Positions 7,590-16,353 of a stretch of 35,934 nt of DNA are shown here, in pieces. The notes below the pieces were generated by a model, which saw only the letters and a program-made list of their open reading frames with translations, searched no databases and was not told where the DNA came from. The position numbers were made by a program, and so were the translations under genes. Positions within the stretch are counted from its first letter, which is position 1, and each line of letters begins with the position of its first letter. This DNA is from a virus (Duplodnaviria > Caudoviricetes), in IMG/VR virus record IMGVR_UViG_3300007764_000004, positions 1 through 35,934 of that record. One strand, 5' to 3'.

Positions 7590-9479
7590 TTAGGAAGTCG
7601 ACAGTTCGACGACGTTTTCGTAAGCGGAATATTTAGTTATTTCTTCGTGGAAGAAAAACTGCAAGTAATACGGGATAAATTCGTCCGTTCCTTTCGACAG
7701 GGTATTCCTGGGGGTAAGGGTTCCGAAATGCGTCCCCTTAATAACCCGAAGGTCCAGGGGGGCCCGTGCAAGTCGAACGAAGGCCGATAAATGGGCCAGA
7801 TCGAAATACTTCGAATCTGCCCCGACGATCTGTCCCCGCCACTGCCCCGCAGTTTCCCAGGACAGGACCCCGATATCGATTTCGATCTGGGGACTTAACG
7901 AAGCCCGAAGGATCTGGGCCTGTAACCATTTCCTTCTAAACTGGACGACGTTTCCTTCTGCTATATTCCCCCCCATTTCGATCGACTTAAAACGGGCGAC
8001 CCAGGTCGAAAACGGGGCCGAATTATCCAGGACATTAATATCGATTTCGAAGTCGTCCGTTTTAAGCCATAAGTCCCAGTCCGACCCAGTATCCCCCGCG
8101 ATCCGGAACTGGATATGGCCGTCGTTCGGGAAGTCGCCCCCGACCGATACGACGAACGTCCCGTCTTCGGTAACGGAAAAAGGATCGGTCCCGAAGGGGT
8201 CTGGGGTAAATGGACCAGACGTCGGAATGTTTAAGGACGTCGGGGTCGCGGTCCATTGACCGAAGGCGTCCCCAGATCCAGGGGGTTCGCGATAATAGGT
8301 CGTCCCGTCTGGGTCCAGGGGGACGGCCCGAATTTCGATCGGGAAGGAAGCCGTCCCCGATCCCCCCGAAGTATAGACGGCCCCATAACTGAAAGAAATA
8401 AAAAATAAAATCTGTTGGCCCTTTTTGAAGAATGGCCCGTTATGCCAGATTTCGTTCCCCCCCGATTCGATATAAGCCCAGTTATTCGCGGACTGGTTAA
8501 GAATCCCTGGCGTGTTCTGTTCCCAGTTATCATTATCGGTCGACGTGTTCCATCCTTCGTTAAATTCCCCGCGATTAATCTGGGTATCGACGACGTCGTC
8601 GTCTTCGTATCCCCTTTCAATTTCGACGGCTGCGTCCGCGTTATATATCCCCTGTTTCGCTTCGTCGTCGGATATCAGAAGGACCAGTCCCCCCGAATAT
8701 GCGGTTTCCGAAATCGAATCCGCGTCGACTTCGTAAAGGTTCGACAGGCGATCGGCTGCGTCGTATGCGTTCCCTAATAACCAGGGCTGCGCAACGAACC
8801 AACGACGGGGCCAGGACAGGTCGTTAAAAACGACGGCCTGGAATCCTTCTGCAAGGTCGGCCAGTTCATCCCCTGCAGGTTCGACGTTCCCGTCTGTTTC
8901 GGTATAGGTTCGAATTATATCGCTGAAACGGAATTTATCCATCCAGGCCCCCGTCGACCCGACGCGGTTTCCACGCCAGCCGAAAAGATACTGTATATTC
9001 TGGGAATGCAGGGCGTCGACCAGAAGATCGACGAACAGACCGTTTAAGGTTATCGCCTGGGTCGCTGTATACGCTTCCTGTTCGGGGGTCCTGGTCATTC
9101 CACAAAAGCCGATTAACTGGGTTACTGGTTGTTTTACCCCAGTCTGTAAAAGCGTAAAGGACGACGCCAGTCGCAAGAAAAGCCGGATATCGTATTCCTG
9201 CAGGGAATCGTATATCCGCAGCCGGAAGGCGAACTGGGACGACGTCCGAATATCTTCCCATATAACGCCCCCTGGATCGTTAATCGAAAAATTTACTTCG
9301 GCCGGCATTATGTACTGGTCCAGGGCTTCGTCGAACTTATCCTGGCCCCATTGAATGTTCGCGTCTTTATCGATATAAAACGTTCTGGGGTTCAGGGTCG
9401 CCCCTTCCTTTTCCAGATCGAAAAACCATTTCCGCGTCCGGCCTGGAAGTATGCCCCGATATTTTGGAGTTATCGCCAT
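7590..9479 (-). CDS. Putative tail-tip (hub/baseplate) protein
   Basis: 629 aa, directly after and translationally coupled to the tape measure gene; acidic and beta-rich. Confidence 0.7.
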   Translation of the reverse strand: MAITPKYRGILPGRTRKWFFDLEKEGATLNPRTFYIDKDANIQWGQDKFDEALDQYIMPAEVNFSINDPGGVIWEDIRTSSQFAFRLRIYDSLQEYDIRLFLRLASSFTLLQTGVKQPVTQLIGFCGMTRTPEQEAYTATQAITLNGLFVDLLVDALHSQNIQYLFGWRGNRVGSTGAWMDKFRFSDIIRTYTETDGNVEPAGDELADLAEGFQAVVFNDLSWPRRWFVAQPWLLGNAYDAADRLSNLYEVDADSISETAYSGGLVLLISDDEAKQGIYNADAAVEIERGYEDDDVVDTQINRGEFNEGWNTSTDNDNWEQNTPGILNQSANNWAYIESGGNEIWHNGPFFKKGQQILFFISFSYGAVYTSGGSGTASFPIEIRAVPLDPDGTTYYREPPGSGDAFGQWTATPTSLNIPTSGPFTPDPFGTDPFSVTEDGTFVVSVGGDFPNDGHIQFRIAGDTGSDWDLWLKTDDFEIDINVLDNSAPFSTWVARFKSIEMGGNIAEGNVVQFRRKWLQAQILRASLSPQIEIDIGVLSWETAGQWRGQIVGADSKYFDLAHLSAFVRLARAPLDLRVIKGTHFGTLTPRNTLSKGTDEFIPYYLQFFFHEEITKYSAYENVVELSTS

Positions 9480-11515
9480 TAAGTCGTCCTGGTTCTTATG
9501 GATCCCCTGGTCTGGTCGACGACGACTTCGACGTTATCCAGGTCCGCTTTTAACTTTTGAAGGTCCCCCGTAAGTTGCCCGGATAACTGGATCCGGATCG
9601 TCTGGGACCCCGATCGTCCGTCGATCGCTGGACGATCGCCCCTGTTCATTGCTTCCAGAATCGGTCGGTTCCTGGACGTTGATTCGCGGTTCATTACGAA
9701 TTCCCCGTCCGATACGCGGATTACATTCTGGTCGACCCCAGGCCGGCCCCGAACGATACCCCCTTCGTTAAACCCTGGAAGGACCGAAGAAAACAGGGCC
9801 TTAATTCCTGCAGCGACCAGGGGACCGATAACCAGGGCCAGGGGTCCCAGGGGGGCCAGGGCCCCCGCGATCGTTTGGGCCAGTTTCGCAGTTATGATCT
9901 GTTTCGCCTGGGAAAGTAAAGTTTCGGTTACGTTCCCCGATAATAAGACGGCCTGGGTCGAATTCGCGATCTGTTGTTCCAGGGCTACTTTCTGAGCTTC
10001 GGCCAGGGCTGCAGCGGCTTCCTGTTCCTTTTCCCTGGCTTCTAATCTTTCCCTGGCTCGAGCCAGGGCCATTTCGTGAAGTTGGGCCCTTTGATCTTCG
10101 ACGATTAATTCCTGTTCGGCCAGGGCTTCCAGACCGTCGCCTTCGGATTCCAGGCCGGCTTTTTTGAGTCTGGCCCGTTCTTCTTCGATCTGCAAGATTT
10201 CCCGATTTACGGCCAGAAGTTCTTCGGTTATCTGGCCTTCCTTAATTAATTCGTCCTGGCGATCCTTAAGGATTTTTAATCGGTCGTCTTCCTTTTTATC
10301 TTCGGCGCCCGACGTCGAACTGGATCCGGCCGGCGACCCCCCCAGTAAATTCGCAAGGGCCCCCGACGCAGTCGACGCGGTTTTCGCCTGTTCTTCCAGG
10401 GCGTCGTCCCCGTTCCGAATAGCTTCGATTAACTGGTTTTCCCCCTGGATCATTGCGTCCAGGGCCAGTCGTCTAATTTGTAACTGTCGGATATTTTCTT
10501 CCTGGGCTTCGGTATTCAGTCCCAGGAATTCCCGACTTTTTAAAATCGCATTCTGGACGGTTTCCTGGATATCGACGACCGTCTTCTGGAAGTTTCGATA
10601 ACCGATAACCATCTGGCGAATACCGACGCGGACGGATCTGTTAAATCCCCCTATATCGTCGATTAATCCGACCAGGAACTTAAGGGCCTGTCCGACCGAA
10701 TTCCCGACAGACCGAACGAAGGAAGCCGTCTGTTTATCGTCAAGCATTAACCTTAAATCGGTCGCGACTTCTTCGATAACGGGACGAAGCCCTTCCCCCA
10801 GGGTTTCCGACAGATCGCCGGCCGAATTCTGGATCTGGACCAGGGGGTCGACGGCAGATTCGGCCAGACCTTGAAAGTTCGCGTCCAGGATTTCGGTAAG
10901 AAGGTTTATTCGGTCCATTCCTTCGGACGCTTTAAACTGTTCTTCCTGGGCGTCCGTTAAAGAAATCCCGTATCGTTTCAGGGCCGAAACCCCGTCCGTT
11001 AACGACTTCCCGATCGCGATCGCGACGGAATTAAGATCGGCCCCTTCCTGGCCGGCCTTCTGCAGACCTGCGGCCATATCCAGAAGACGGGGAAGAAGAA
11101 GCCCGACGCCCTGCGATCCCCCGACTTCCTTAAATGTTAATAACATGGTTGCAGCCGATAACTGGACTTCGTCCCCGAAATTCGAAACCGACTGTAACTG
11201 GGCGGCCAGGGCCTTTAATTTTGGAAGGGATTCTTCTGCACTTTCCCCCTGGTTCGTTAACGCCTGGGCCAGTTTGTTTTCCGCGATCTGTTGGATCCCG
11301 CGATCCTTTACGGCCTTCGATAAAGTTCGGAACGCTACGGCCCCGGCTGCGACGGCTGCGAAGGCGACCCCGACGACCTTCCCGAATTTCGACGCCCCCT
11401 TCCCGGTTTTATCCAGGGTCGTATCCAGTTTAGTCGCGGCCCCTTCGGAATCTTTGAGAAATTCGACGGTTCCGTTATCGTCGATTCGAAAAGTAATAGT
11501 TACGGGACGGGCCAT
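9479..11515 (-). CDS. Tail tape measure protein
   Basis: 678 aa, Ala/Gly/Leu-rich helical; LQSVSNFGDE and GVSALKRYGI segments typical of TMP; C-terminal FNEGGIVRG..G.D...RVSDGEFVMN; follows the frameshifted TAC. Confidence 0.88.
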   Translation of the reverse strand: MARPVTITFRIDDNGTVEFLKDSEGAATKLDTTLDKTGKGASKFGKVVGVAFAAVAAGAVAFRTLSKAVKDRGIQQIAENKLAQALTNQGESAEESLPKLKALAAQLQSVSNFGDEVQLSAATMLLTFKEVGGSQGVGLLLPRLLDMAAGLQKAGQEGADLNSVAIAIGKSLTDGVSALKRYGISLTDAQEEQFKASEGMDRINLLTEILDANFQGLAESAVDPLVQIQNSAGDLSETLGEGLRPVIEEVATDLRLMLDDKQTASFVRSVGNSVGQALKFLVGLIDDIGGFNRSVRVGIRQMVIGYRNFQKTVVDIQETVQNAILKSREFLGLNTEAQEENIRQLQIRRLALDAMIQGENQLIEAIRNGDDALEEQAKTASTASGALANLLGGSPAGSSSTSGAEDKKEDDRLKILKDRQDELIKEGQITEELLAVNREILQIEEERARLKKAGLESEGDGLEALAEQELIVEDQRAQLHEMALARARERLEAREKEQEAAAALAEAQKVALEQQIANSTQAVLLSGNVTETLLSQAKQIITAKLAQTIAGALAPLGPLALVIGPLVAAGIKALFSSVLPGFNEGGIVRGRPGVDQNVIRVSDGEFVMNRESTSRNRPILEAMNRGDRPAIDGRSGSQTIRIQLSGQLTGDLQKLKADLDNVEVVVDQTRGSIRTRTT

Positions 11516-11805
11516 TAAAACAGGGGTTTAATATTTTTTAAGGCGTCCTGGGCTTCCCTGTCGATTTCCCTTTGTTGATAAAACAGGTTCGACGTGCGAA
11601 TCCAGATAAGTAAGTCGGCCAGATCCATTTCGAAAACTGCGACCTGGAATTCGTGTGGACGAAGTCCCCCCATTCCCAGGATTATCGACTTCGCAGGGGT
11701 CCCAGTTCCCGGCAGACCTTCCGGAATTGCTGAACGACGATCTAACAACCTGTTAACGCGACTGGCCCTGTTCAGCCTAGATACAATCGCGACATAAAAT
11801 TTCCC
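11515..11805 (-). CDS. Tail assembly chaperone, C-terminal (gpT-like) part reached by -1 frameshift
   Basis: The -1 frame is open from the slippery site (GGG AAA TTT TAT GTC GCG...) through LLDRRSAIPEG to the TAA overlapping the TMP ATG. Confidence 0.8.
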   Translation of the reverse strand, partial: GKFYVAIVSRLNRASRVNRLLDRRSAIPEGLPGTGTPAKSIILGMGGLRPHEFQVAVFEMDLADLLIWIRTSNLFYQQREIDREAQDALKNIKPLF

Positions 11806-12128
11806 AGAAGATACCCCAGGAACGCTTCGTAAAGGTTCGGGGGCCAGGAATCCAGGTCGTATTTATCCCCGTTTTTCAACAGGATTTTAACGGCCTTTTT
11901 TACTTCGGAAAGTTTAGGGGCCTTTAAATTATCCAGGTCGACTTCGCCGGCCAGGACGACGTCCGCGTCCAGTCCCAGAAGGGGCGAAACCTTTTCGACC
12001 AGTCCCAGGGTTATCGGCTGGAACTTTAAATCTGGTCTTATTATGATTTCTTCGCCCCCTTCTGGGAGTTTACGACGCAGGAAATTCCCGTCCTTCTTTC
12101 TGCCGAACCTTTTAAATAAACCTTTCAT
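11772..12128 (-). CDS. Tail assembly chaperone (gpG-like), 118 aa
   Basis: ATG at 12128 (MKGLFKRF...) downstream of the tail tube stop; lies between tail tube and TMP genes. Confidence 0.8.
   Translation of the reverse strand: MKGLFKRFGRKKDGNFLRRKLPEGGEEIIIRPDLKFQPITLGLVEKVSPLLGLDADVVLAGEVDLDNLKAPKLSEVKKAVKILLKNGDKYDLDSWPPNLYEAFLGYLLGNFMSRLYLG
11796..11805 (-). other. Programmed -1 ribosomal frameshift site
   Basis: CTG GGA AAT TTT contains two in-frame X XXY YYZ heptamers (G GGA AAT and A AAT TTT). Confidence 0.82.
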
Positions 12129-12151
12129 AACGAACAAACGGTAAAGGTTAA

Positions 12152-12628
12152 TTAAGCCCCTGAACCGGACCCGACAGGTTCGGTCTGCAAAGTTTGACCA
12201 GTCGCATTTCCCGAACTGGTATAGGAAAAGGACGCCTTTTCCAGACCCCCCGCGTCGGGGATCGCCCGTTCGTTCCATACGACCCCGCAGCCGAACTGCC
12301 CCCCGACGATCGTATAGTTATCCTTACCCAGTTCGCGAAGGCGAAACCAGACCAGGGTTAAATCGTCGGACGCGGTTTTTAACCCGTTCTGCCATGTATC
12401 GGTCGATTTAAGGGCGACCGGCTGGACGCCATTATTTAACCAGATTGCAGCCAGGGGGATAAGGTTCGTTCCGTCGACGGTCTGGGCGACTTCGCCAGGA
12501 CGCGTCGAACCGTCGCTTAATAACTGCCCCCTGGGGATAGTAACGAACGTTCCGGAACTTGTGTTATCGGGATCGTAATCGGTCGCGTATTCTAGCGACT
12601 GCAGGACCCCGCGATGGATATCAGACAT
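12152..12628 (-). CDS. Major tail (tube) protein
   Basis: 158 aa directly upstream of TAC/TMP; ends ...EPVGSGSGA. Confidence 0.75.
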   Translation of the reverse strand: MSDIHRGVLQSLEYATDYDPDNTSSGTFVTIPRGQLLSDGSTRPGEVAQTVDGTNLIPLAAIWLNNGVQPVALKSTDTWQNGLKTASDDLTLVWFRLRELGKDNYTIVGGQFGCGVVWNERAIPDAGGLEKASFSYTSSGNATGQTLQTEPVGSGSGA

Positions 12629-12640
12629 ACCGTTTCCTCT

Positions 12641-13192
12641 TTAAGTTATGATTACAGTAAATTCGGCATAATGGACGAAAAGATCCCGGTTCCCAAAAGC
12701 CGAAACAGGGAAGTCGGGAATAACGATCGACGCGGGGGGTTTCGCTTCGACGACCCAGGAATCGCCAGAAGCCGGAAAGATTTCGAACCCCCCGACGCCA
12801 TTAAAATAAGAAAGAAGCCCCTTCGGGGTTTTACCCAGAAGAAGGTTATTAAATTTCTGTTGGGTCGATCCTTCGTATTCGTCGGATTCTTCGTACTGAA
12901 ACTGCAGAAGGATTCGATAATCGATCGCTTCGACCAGGCGTCCGGTTCCGGCCCCCCCTTCGTTCGGGGCTTCTAAGGTCGGTTGAAGGACCAGATCGAC
13001 AGGGGCGACCCTGGCCCAGAATACCGGATTTCCGAAGATCGCGTCGAAATCGTATTTCGATTCCAGGCCCAACATATACCCAGTTACAAATTTTTCGACG
13101 ATCGGGGTTCCGACATTATGCGCCGTTAACAGGTCTTCGACCTTTGATCGAAGCCCTTCCAGTTTGTCGTCTGCGTTCAGAGTTAAAGACAT
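12641..13192 (-). CDS. Putative tail terminator/completion protein
   Basis: Position just before the tail tube gene; ends in a beta-strand (HYAEFTVIIT). Confidence 0.55.
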   Translation of the reverse strand: MSLTLNADDKLEGLRSKVEDLLTAHNVGTPIVEKFVTGYMLGLESKYDFDAIFGNPVFWARVAPVDLVLQPTLEAPNEGGAGTGRLVEAIDYRILLQFQYEESDEYEGSTQQKFNNLLLGKTPKGLLSYFNGVGGFEIFPASGDSWVVEAKPPASIVIPDFPVSAFGNRDLFVHYAEFTVIIT

Positions 13193-13746
13193 TAGGGTAA
13201 TTCCTGGTTTAAAAAATCGACGACGATATTAAGGGCCCGAAACCGGATTTCGTCCCCTTCGTCGTCTAGGGCCGGTTGTATGTAAGATCGTTTCGGCATA
13301 TCAATTTTAAAAACGGTCTTCTTCGTAAGGGCCATAAATTTCCATTTCTCGTCCTTCGTATCGTAGAACATAGCCCAGAAAAAGGAACGCATTTTCGCAG
13401 TTACGGGGATCGATATTTCCCCCCCGAATTCATGGATAGCAGCATAAGGGACGAAGATTTCGATTATAAAGTTAATCGTCCGACCCGAAACTTCGATCCG
13501 ATTCTTCGATCCGGCCCCCCCTTTTACGGCCCTGGCGAGTCGTCCAGTTTGCTTTATAAGCCCCCCGTCGTCCCCAGGCTGGCGAACCTTCGGTCCTTCC
13601 TGCATATAGGTCTGGACCGATCGCGTCGAAAAACGCGTCGTCGCCATTCTAGCGATACGCTTTCTTAACTGGGGAAGACGGGCCAGGGCTTCGGATAACG
13701 ACTTCTGCAAGTCGTCGACATTATGTTCGACGCGAAAGTCTGCCAT
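13192..13746 (-). CDS. Neck/tail-completion protein (HK97 gp10 / virion morphogenesis family)
   Basis: TGRLARAV, VPYAAIHEFGG and MPKRSYIQPAL motifs. Confidence 0.8.
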   Translation of the reverse strand: MADFRVEHNVDDLQKSLSEALARLPQLRKRIARMATTRFSTRSVQTYMQEGPKVRQPGDDGGLIKQTGRLARAVKGGAGSKNRIEVSGRTINFIIEIFVPYAAIHEFGGEISIPVTAKMRSFFWAMFYDTKDEKWKFMALTKKTVFKIDMPKRSYIQPALDDEGDEIRFRALNIVVDFLNQELP

Positions 13747-13994
13747 TACGAAGTATAAATATCGACAGGGGGACCCGTCGCGGTTACTGCTATCGGGGGG
13801 AATCCTTCCTGTCCAGGGGCCCAGTATAAGTTAATCTGGATCAGACCCCCGGCCAGAATCCGTTCCCGTTCTTCTTCGGTCGGTTCCCAGACGGTAACGA
13901 ATGCCCCGTCTTCTAACTTCGCCGGCAGATCCCCGACGTCTTTCCCGTCGCCCTTTAAGACGACGGTCGTTCCGATAAATTTCTTTGGTTCCAT
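13746..13994 (-). CDS. Hypothetical protein
   Basis: 82 aa, translationally coupled; DLPA...VWEPTEEERERILAGG...PPI resembles small phage proteins. Confidence 0.65.
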   Translation of the reverse strand: MEPKKFIGTTVVLKGDGKDVGDLPAKLEDGAFVTVWEPTEEERERILAGGLIQINLYWAPGQEGFPPIAVTATGPPVDIYTS

Positions 13995-14002
13995 TTCGCG
14001 TC

Positions 14003-14764
14003 CTATGCTGGAATATGTCTGTAAGTATTGAGTTTCGCCAGCTCGCGATCGACGAACCCAGACGTTACCTTATTCCGCTTTATCTTCATTCGGTCCGCGT
14101 CGACTTCGGATTCGTCGACCCCGATTAATCGGTTATATTCCCAACGAAGGGAAGCGATAACCAGATCGTTACAGACCGTTTGAATATCGAAGGGAAGTTC
14201 GGGGACTTCTGCGTCCTGGTCCAGACCTGTAAGGGCCGAAGTATTAAACGCGGAATTCCACGTTTCCCCCGATCCTGGGACGTCCAGATCCGGCCGGCGA
14301 TACCCTGCGAAAACCTGGGCCTGGACCGGCCAGTCGTCCAGGTCGTCGTCGAAATGGATAACGGCCAGATCCATTTCGACGCCTTCGATCGCCATTTCGT
14401 CGGCCAGGGTCGCGTCGGCATTAACCGAAACGATCTGGACGACGGGCCATTCCTGGAAGTATGCCGAATACCTGGGGTTCTGGGAAGGAAGGGTATATCG
14501 CGAATCCGGCTTCCATGCGTTCGAAAACGAATCGACGACCCAGGTCTGGTCGACCAGGCGAACCATAATCTTTCGATTTAAATGGTTTTCAATTCGTCGC
14601 GTATAGTTCTTAATGAACCTTAAACATGTTTGCTGGATTTCTTCGGTATCGCCGGAACCGTTCGGCGCCCGAAGCGCTTCTTCGATTGCTTTTCCCAGAC
14701 CCCCCAGGGATTGATCGGCTACGATCGAAGGGGTCGTTAAGTCGGTATAATCAGACGTTAACAT
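14003..14764 (-). CDS. Head-tail connector/adaptor protein
   Basis: IENHLNRKI, WPVVQIVSV, AGY...LPFDIQTVC and C-terminal LNTYR, typical of gp6/gp15-like adaptors. Confidence 0.75.
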   Translation of the reverse strand: MLTSDYTDLTTPSIVADQSLGGLGKAIEEALRAPNGSGDTEEIQQTCLRFIKNYTRRIENHLNRKIMVRLVDQTWVVDSFSNAWKPDSRYTLPSQNPRYSAYFQEWPVVQIVSVNADATLADEMAIEGVEMDLAVIHFDDDLDDWPVQAQVFAGYRRPDLDVPGSGETWNSAFNTSALTGLDQDAEVPELPFDIQTVCNDLVIASLRWEYNRLIGVDESEVDADRMKIKRNKVTSGFVDRELAKLNTYRHIPA

Positions 14765-16274
14765 TTTTTTCGATCCATTCTTTTTTCAAGGTTTCGACGC
14801 GTTCGTCTGCAGTTCCGGCCCCCCTTATCTGGTCGACGACGACCCCGTCTTCGCAGATATCATAATAACCCCCCCCGCGATGGATCGCTTCGAATTCGGG
14901 GATCTTTGATTCGTCCAGGGTTTCGACCTGTCCTTCATGGTCGCCCTTTCCAGGGAAGGGGATAATTTCGTCCGCTTCTGGTTCCCTGGCATACTGCAGT
15001 TTAAGAAGGTCCCTTTTATGGGACGCGTCGGTCCAGAATGTTCGCCCTGGCTTCGCGTTAATCCCTGAAACGACCGAATTCCCCCTGGGGGTAAATCCCC
15101 GGTTCGAATTCTGCAATCTTACCCGGGCGATTAATTGAAACTGTTCCATAACTTTTCCTCTTATCATTTTTCTTTTTTCGGGGATGTAAATGGACGTCGC
15201 GTTCTTCTTTCGAAAACGTTCGACAGTTTTCCGGATCGCGTCCCCTGCACGGTCCGACGATTTACCGTCCGTAAATTTAAAAACTTGTTCGACGGCTTCC
15301 CGTCTTTTTTTCTGGCGTTCGGGTTTATCGGCCAGGGCTTCGATTACAGCCGAATATAAATCCCCTGGCTTATCGACCTGGATCCCGACGTCTGCAGCCG
15401 ACCAGTATCTTAACCCGTGTTCTACCCCCTTTCTATAATGGGGGCAGTTCATAACGACGACGGGGCGACCGTTACCCCCTTCGCCGGCCGACGCGAATTC
15501 GTAAAGGGTCGACATATGGTCCATAATATACAGATCGGCCCGACGCATAACTTCGGAAAAGTTACCTATTACTGGAACCTTCCTTTTCCGATATTCTGGG
15601 GTCCAGTGTTTTAACGCCCTGGGGTGACCGTGACCATATAGGATAAAATCCTTTCCGCTTTTCTTCGCCAGTTCGTCGAGCCCTGGGAGCATATGCCAGA
15701 AGGCCGACCGCGTTTCGGGGACGACCTTGCAATCCCAGTGTGACGAAAAGACGACGACGGGGATATTGTTCTTCGGGGGGTCTAGTTCTCCCGAATGCCA
15801 GGGGTCCAGTTTAGGGCAACCGACGACGAAAACTTCGGCTTCGGGATACAGGGGTCGATCCCTGTTCGCGGGATGATTCCCAGGGAATATTAACGCTGCA
15901 ATATTTTTACGGCCTGGATATCCTGCATACGACGACTGAATCCGAGTAAAGGACTGGCCGGCCCCGTGTTGGGTAAATATCGCATAACGTCCAGCCCTGG
16001 CGACCTGGATCTGGTCCCCCGACGCAGAACAGACGACCAGGCGTCGACGGTCCTTCGACATATGGATCCTGGCCTGGGCCCTGTTCCCGTGGTAGGTTAC
16101 GACGTCTTCGATCCCGTGTACAGTCCTGGCGTATTTTTCCAGATAATTCGGAAGGATAAAGTCGCCCCGAAATTCGTCTGGGGTCGAATGATACATGGGG
16201 ACTAAATGGTCCAGGAAATGTTTTTCATGGGCCAGGAAGTCCGCTAAAATCCAGTGTTTATTTTTTTTCGCCAT
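14751..16274 (-). CDS. GT-B enzyme, CDP-glycerol glycerophosphotransferase (TagF)-like, with an extra C-terminal domain
   Basis: TQHG, VGCPKLD, GHPR, ADLYIMDHMSTLYEF..RPVV and DGKSSDR motifs; roughly 150 extra C-terminal residues. Confidence 0.72.
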   Translation of the reverse strand: MAKKNKHWILADFLAHEKHFLDHLVPMYHSTPDEFRGDFILPNYLEKYARTVHGIEDVVTYHGNRAQARIHMSKDRRRLVVCSASGDQIQVARAGRYAIFTQHGAGQSFTRIQSSYAGYPGRKNIAALIFPGNHPANRDRPLYPEAEVFVVGCPKLDPWHSGELDPPKNNIPVVVFSSHWDCKVVPETRSAFWHMLPGLDELAKKSGKDFILYGHGHPRALKHWTPEYRKRKVPVIGNFSEVMRRADLYIMDHMSTLYEFASAGEGGNGRPVVVMNCPHYRKGVEHGLRYWSAADVGIQVDKPGDLYSAVIEALADKPERQKKRREAVEQVFKFTDGKSSDRAGDAIRKTVERFRKKNATSIYIPEKRKMIRGKVMEQFQLIARVRLQNSNRGFTPRGNSVVSGINAKPGRTFWTDASHKRDLLKLQYAREPEADEIIPFPGKGDHEGQVETLDESKIPEFEAIHRGGGYYDICEDGVVVDQIRGAGTADERVETLKKEWIEKNVNV

Positions 16275-16287
16275 TCTAACAAACGTA

Positions 16288-16321
16288 AAGGGGGACCAGG
16301 GCGTCGACCCCGATCCCCCTT
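16288..16321 (-). terminator. Intrinsic terminator/attenuator after the capsid gene
   Basis: On the - strand GGGGGATC-GGGG-tcgacg-CCCT-GGTCCCCC, then TTTACGTTTG. Confidence 0.7.
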
Positions 16322-16353
16322 CGGCTATTCGTGAAACAAAAGAAGACGGACCG

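Noticed and set aside
12129-12278. N-terminal extension of the chaperone ORF overlapping the tail tube gene
   Set aside because: The ATG at 12128, after the tube stop, gives a non-overlapping gene of normal size.
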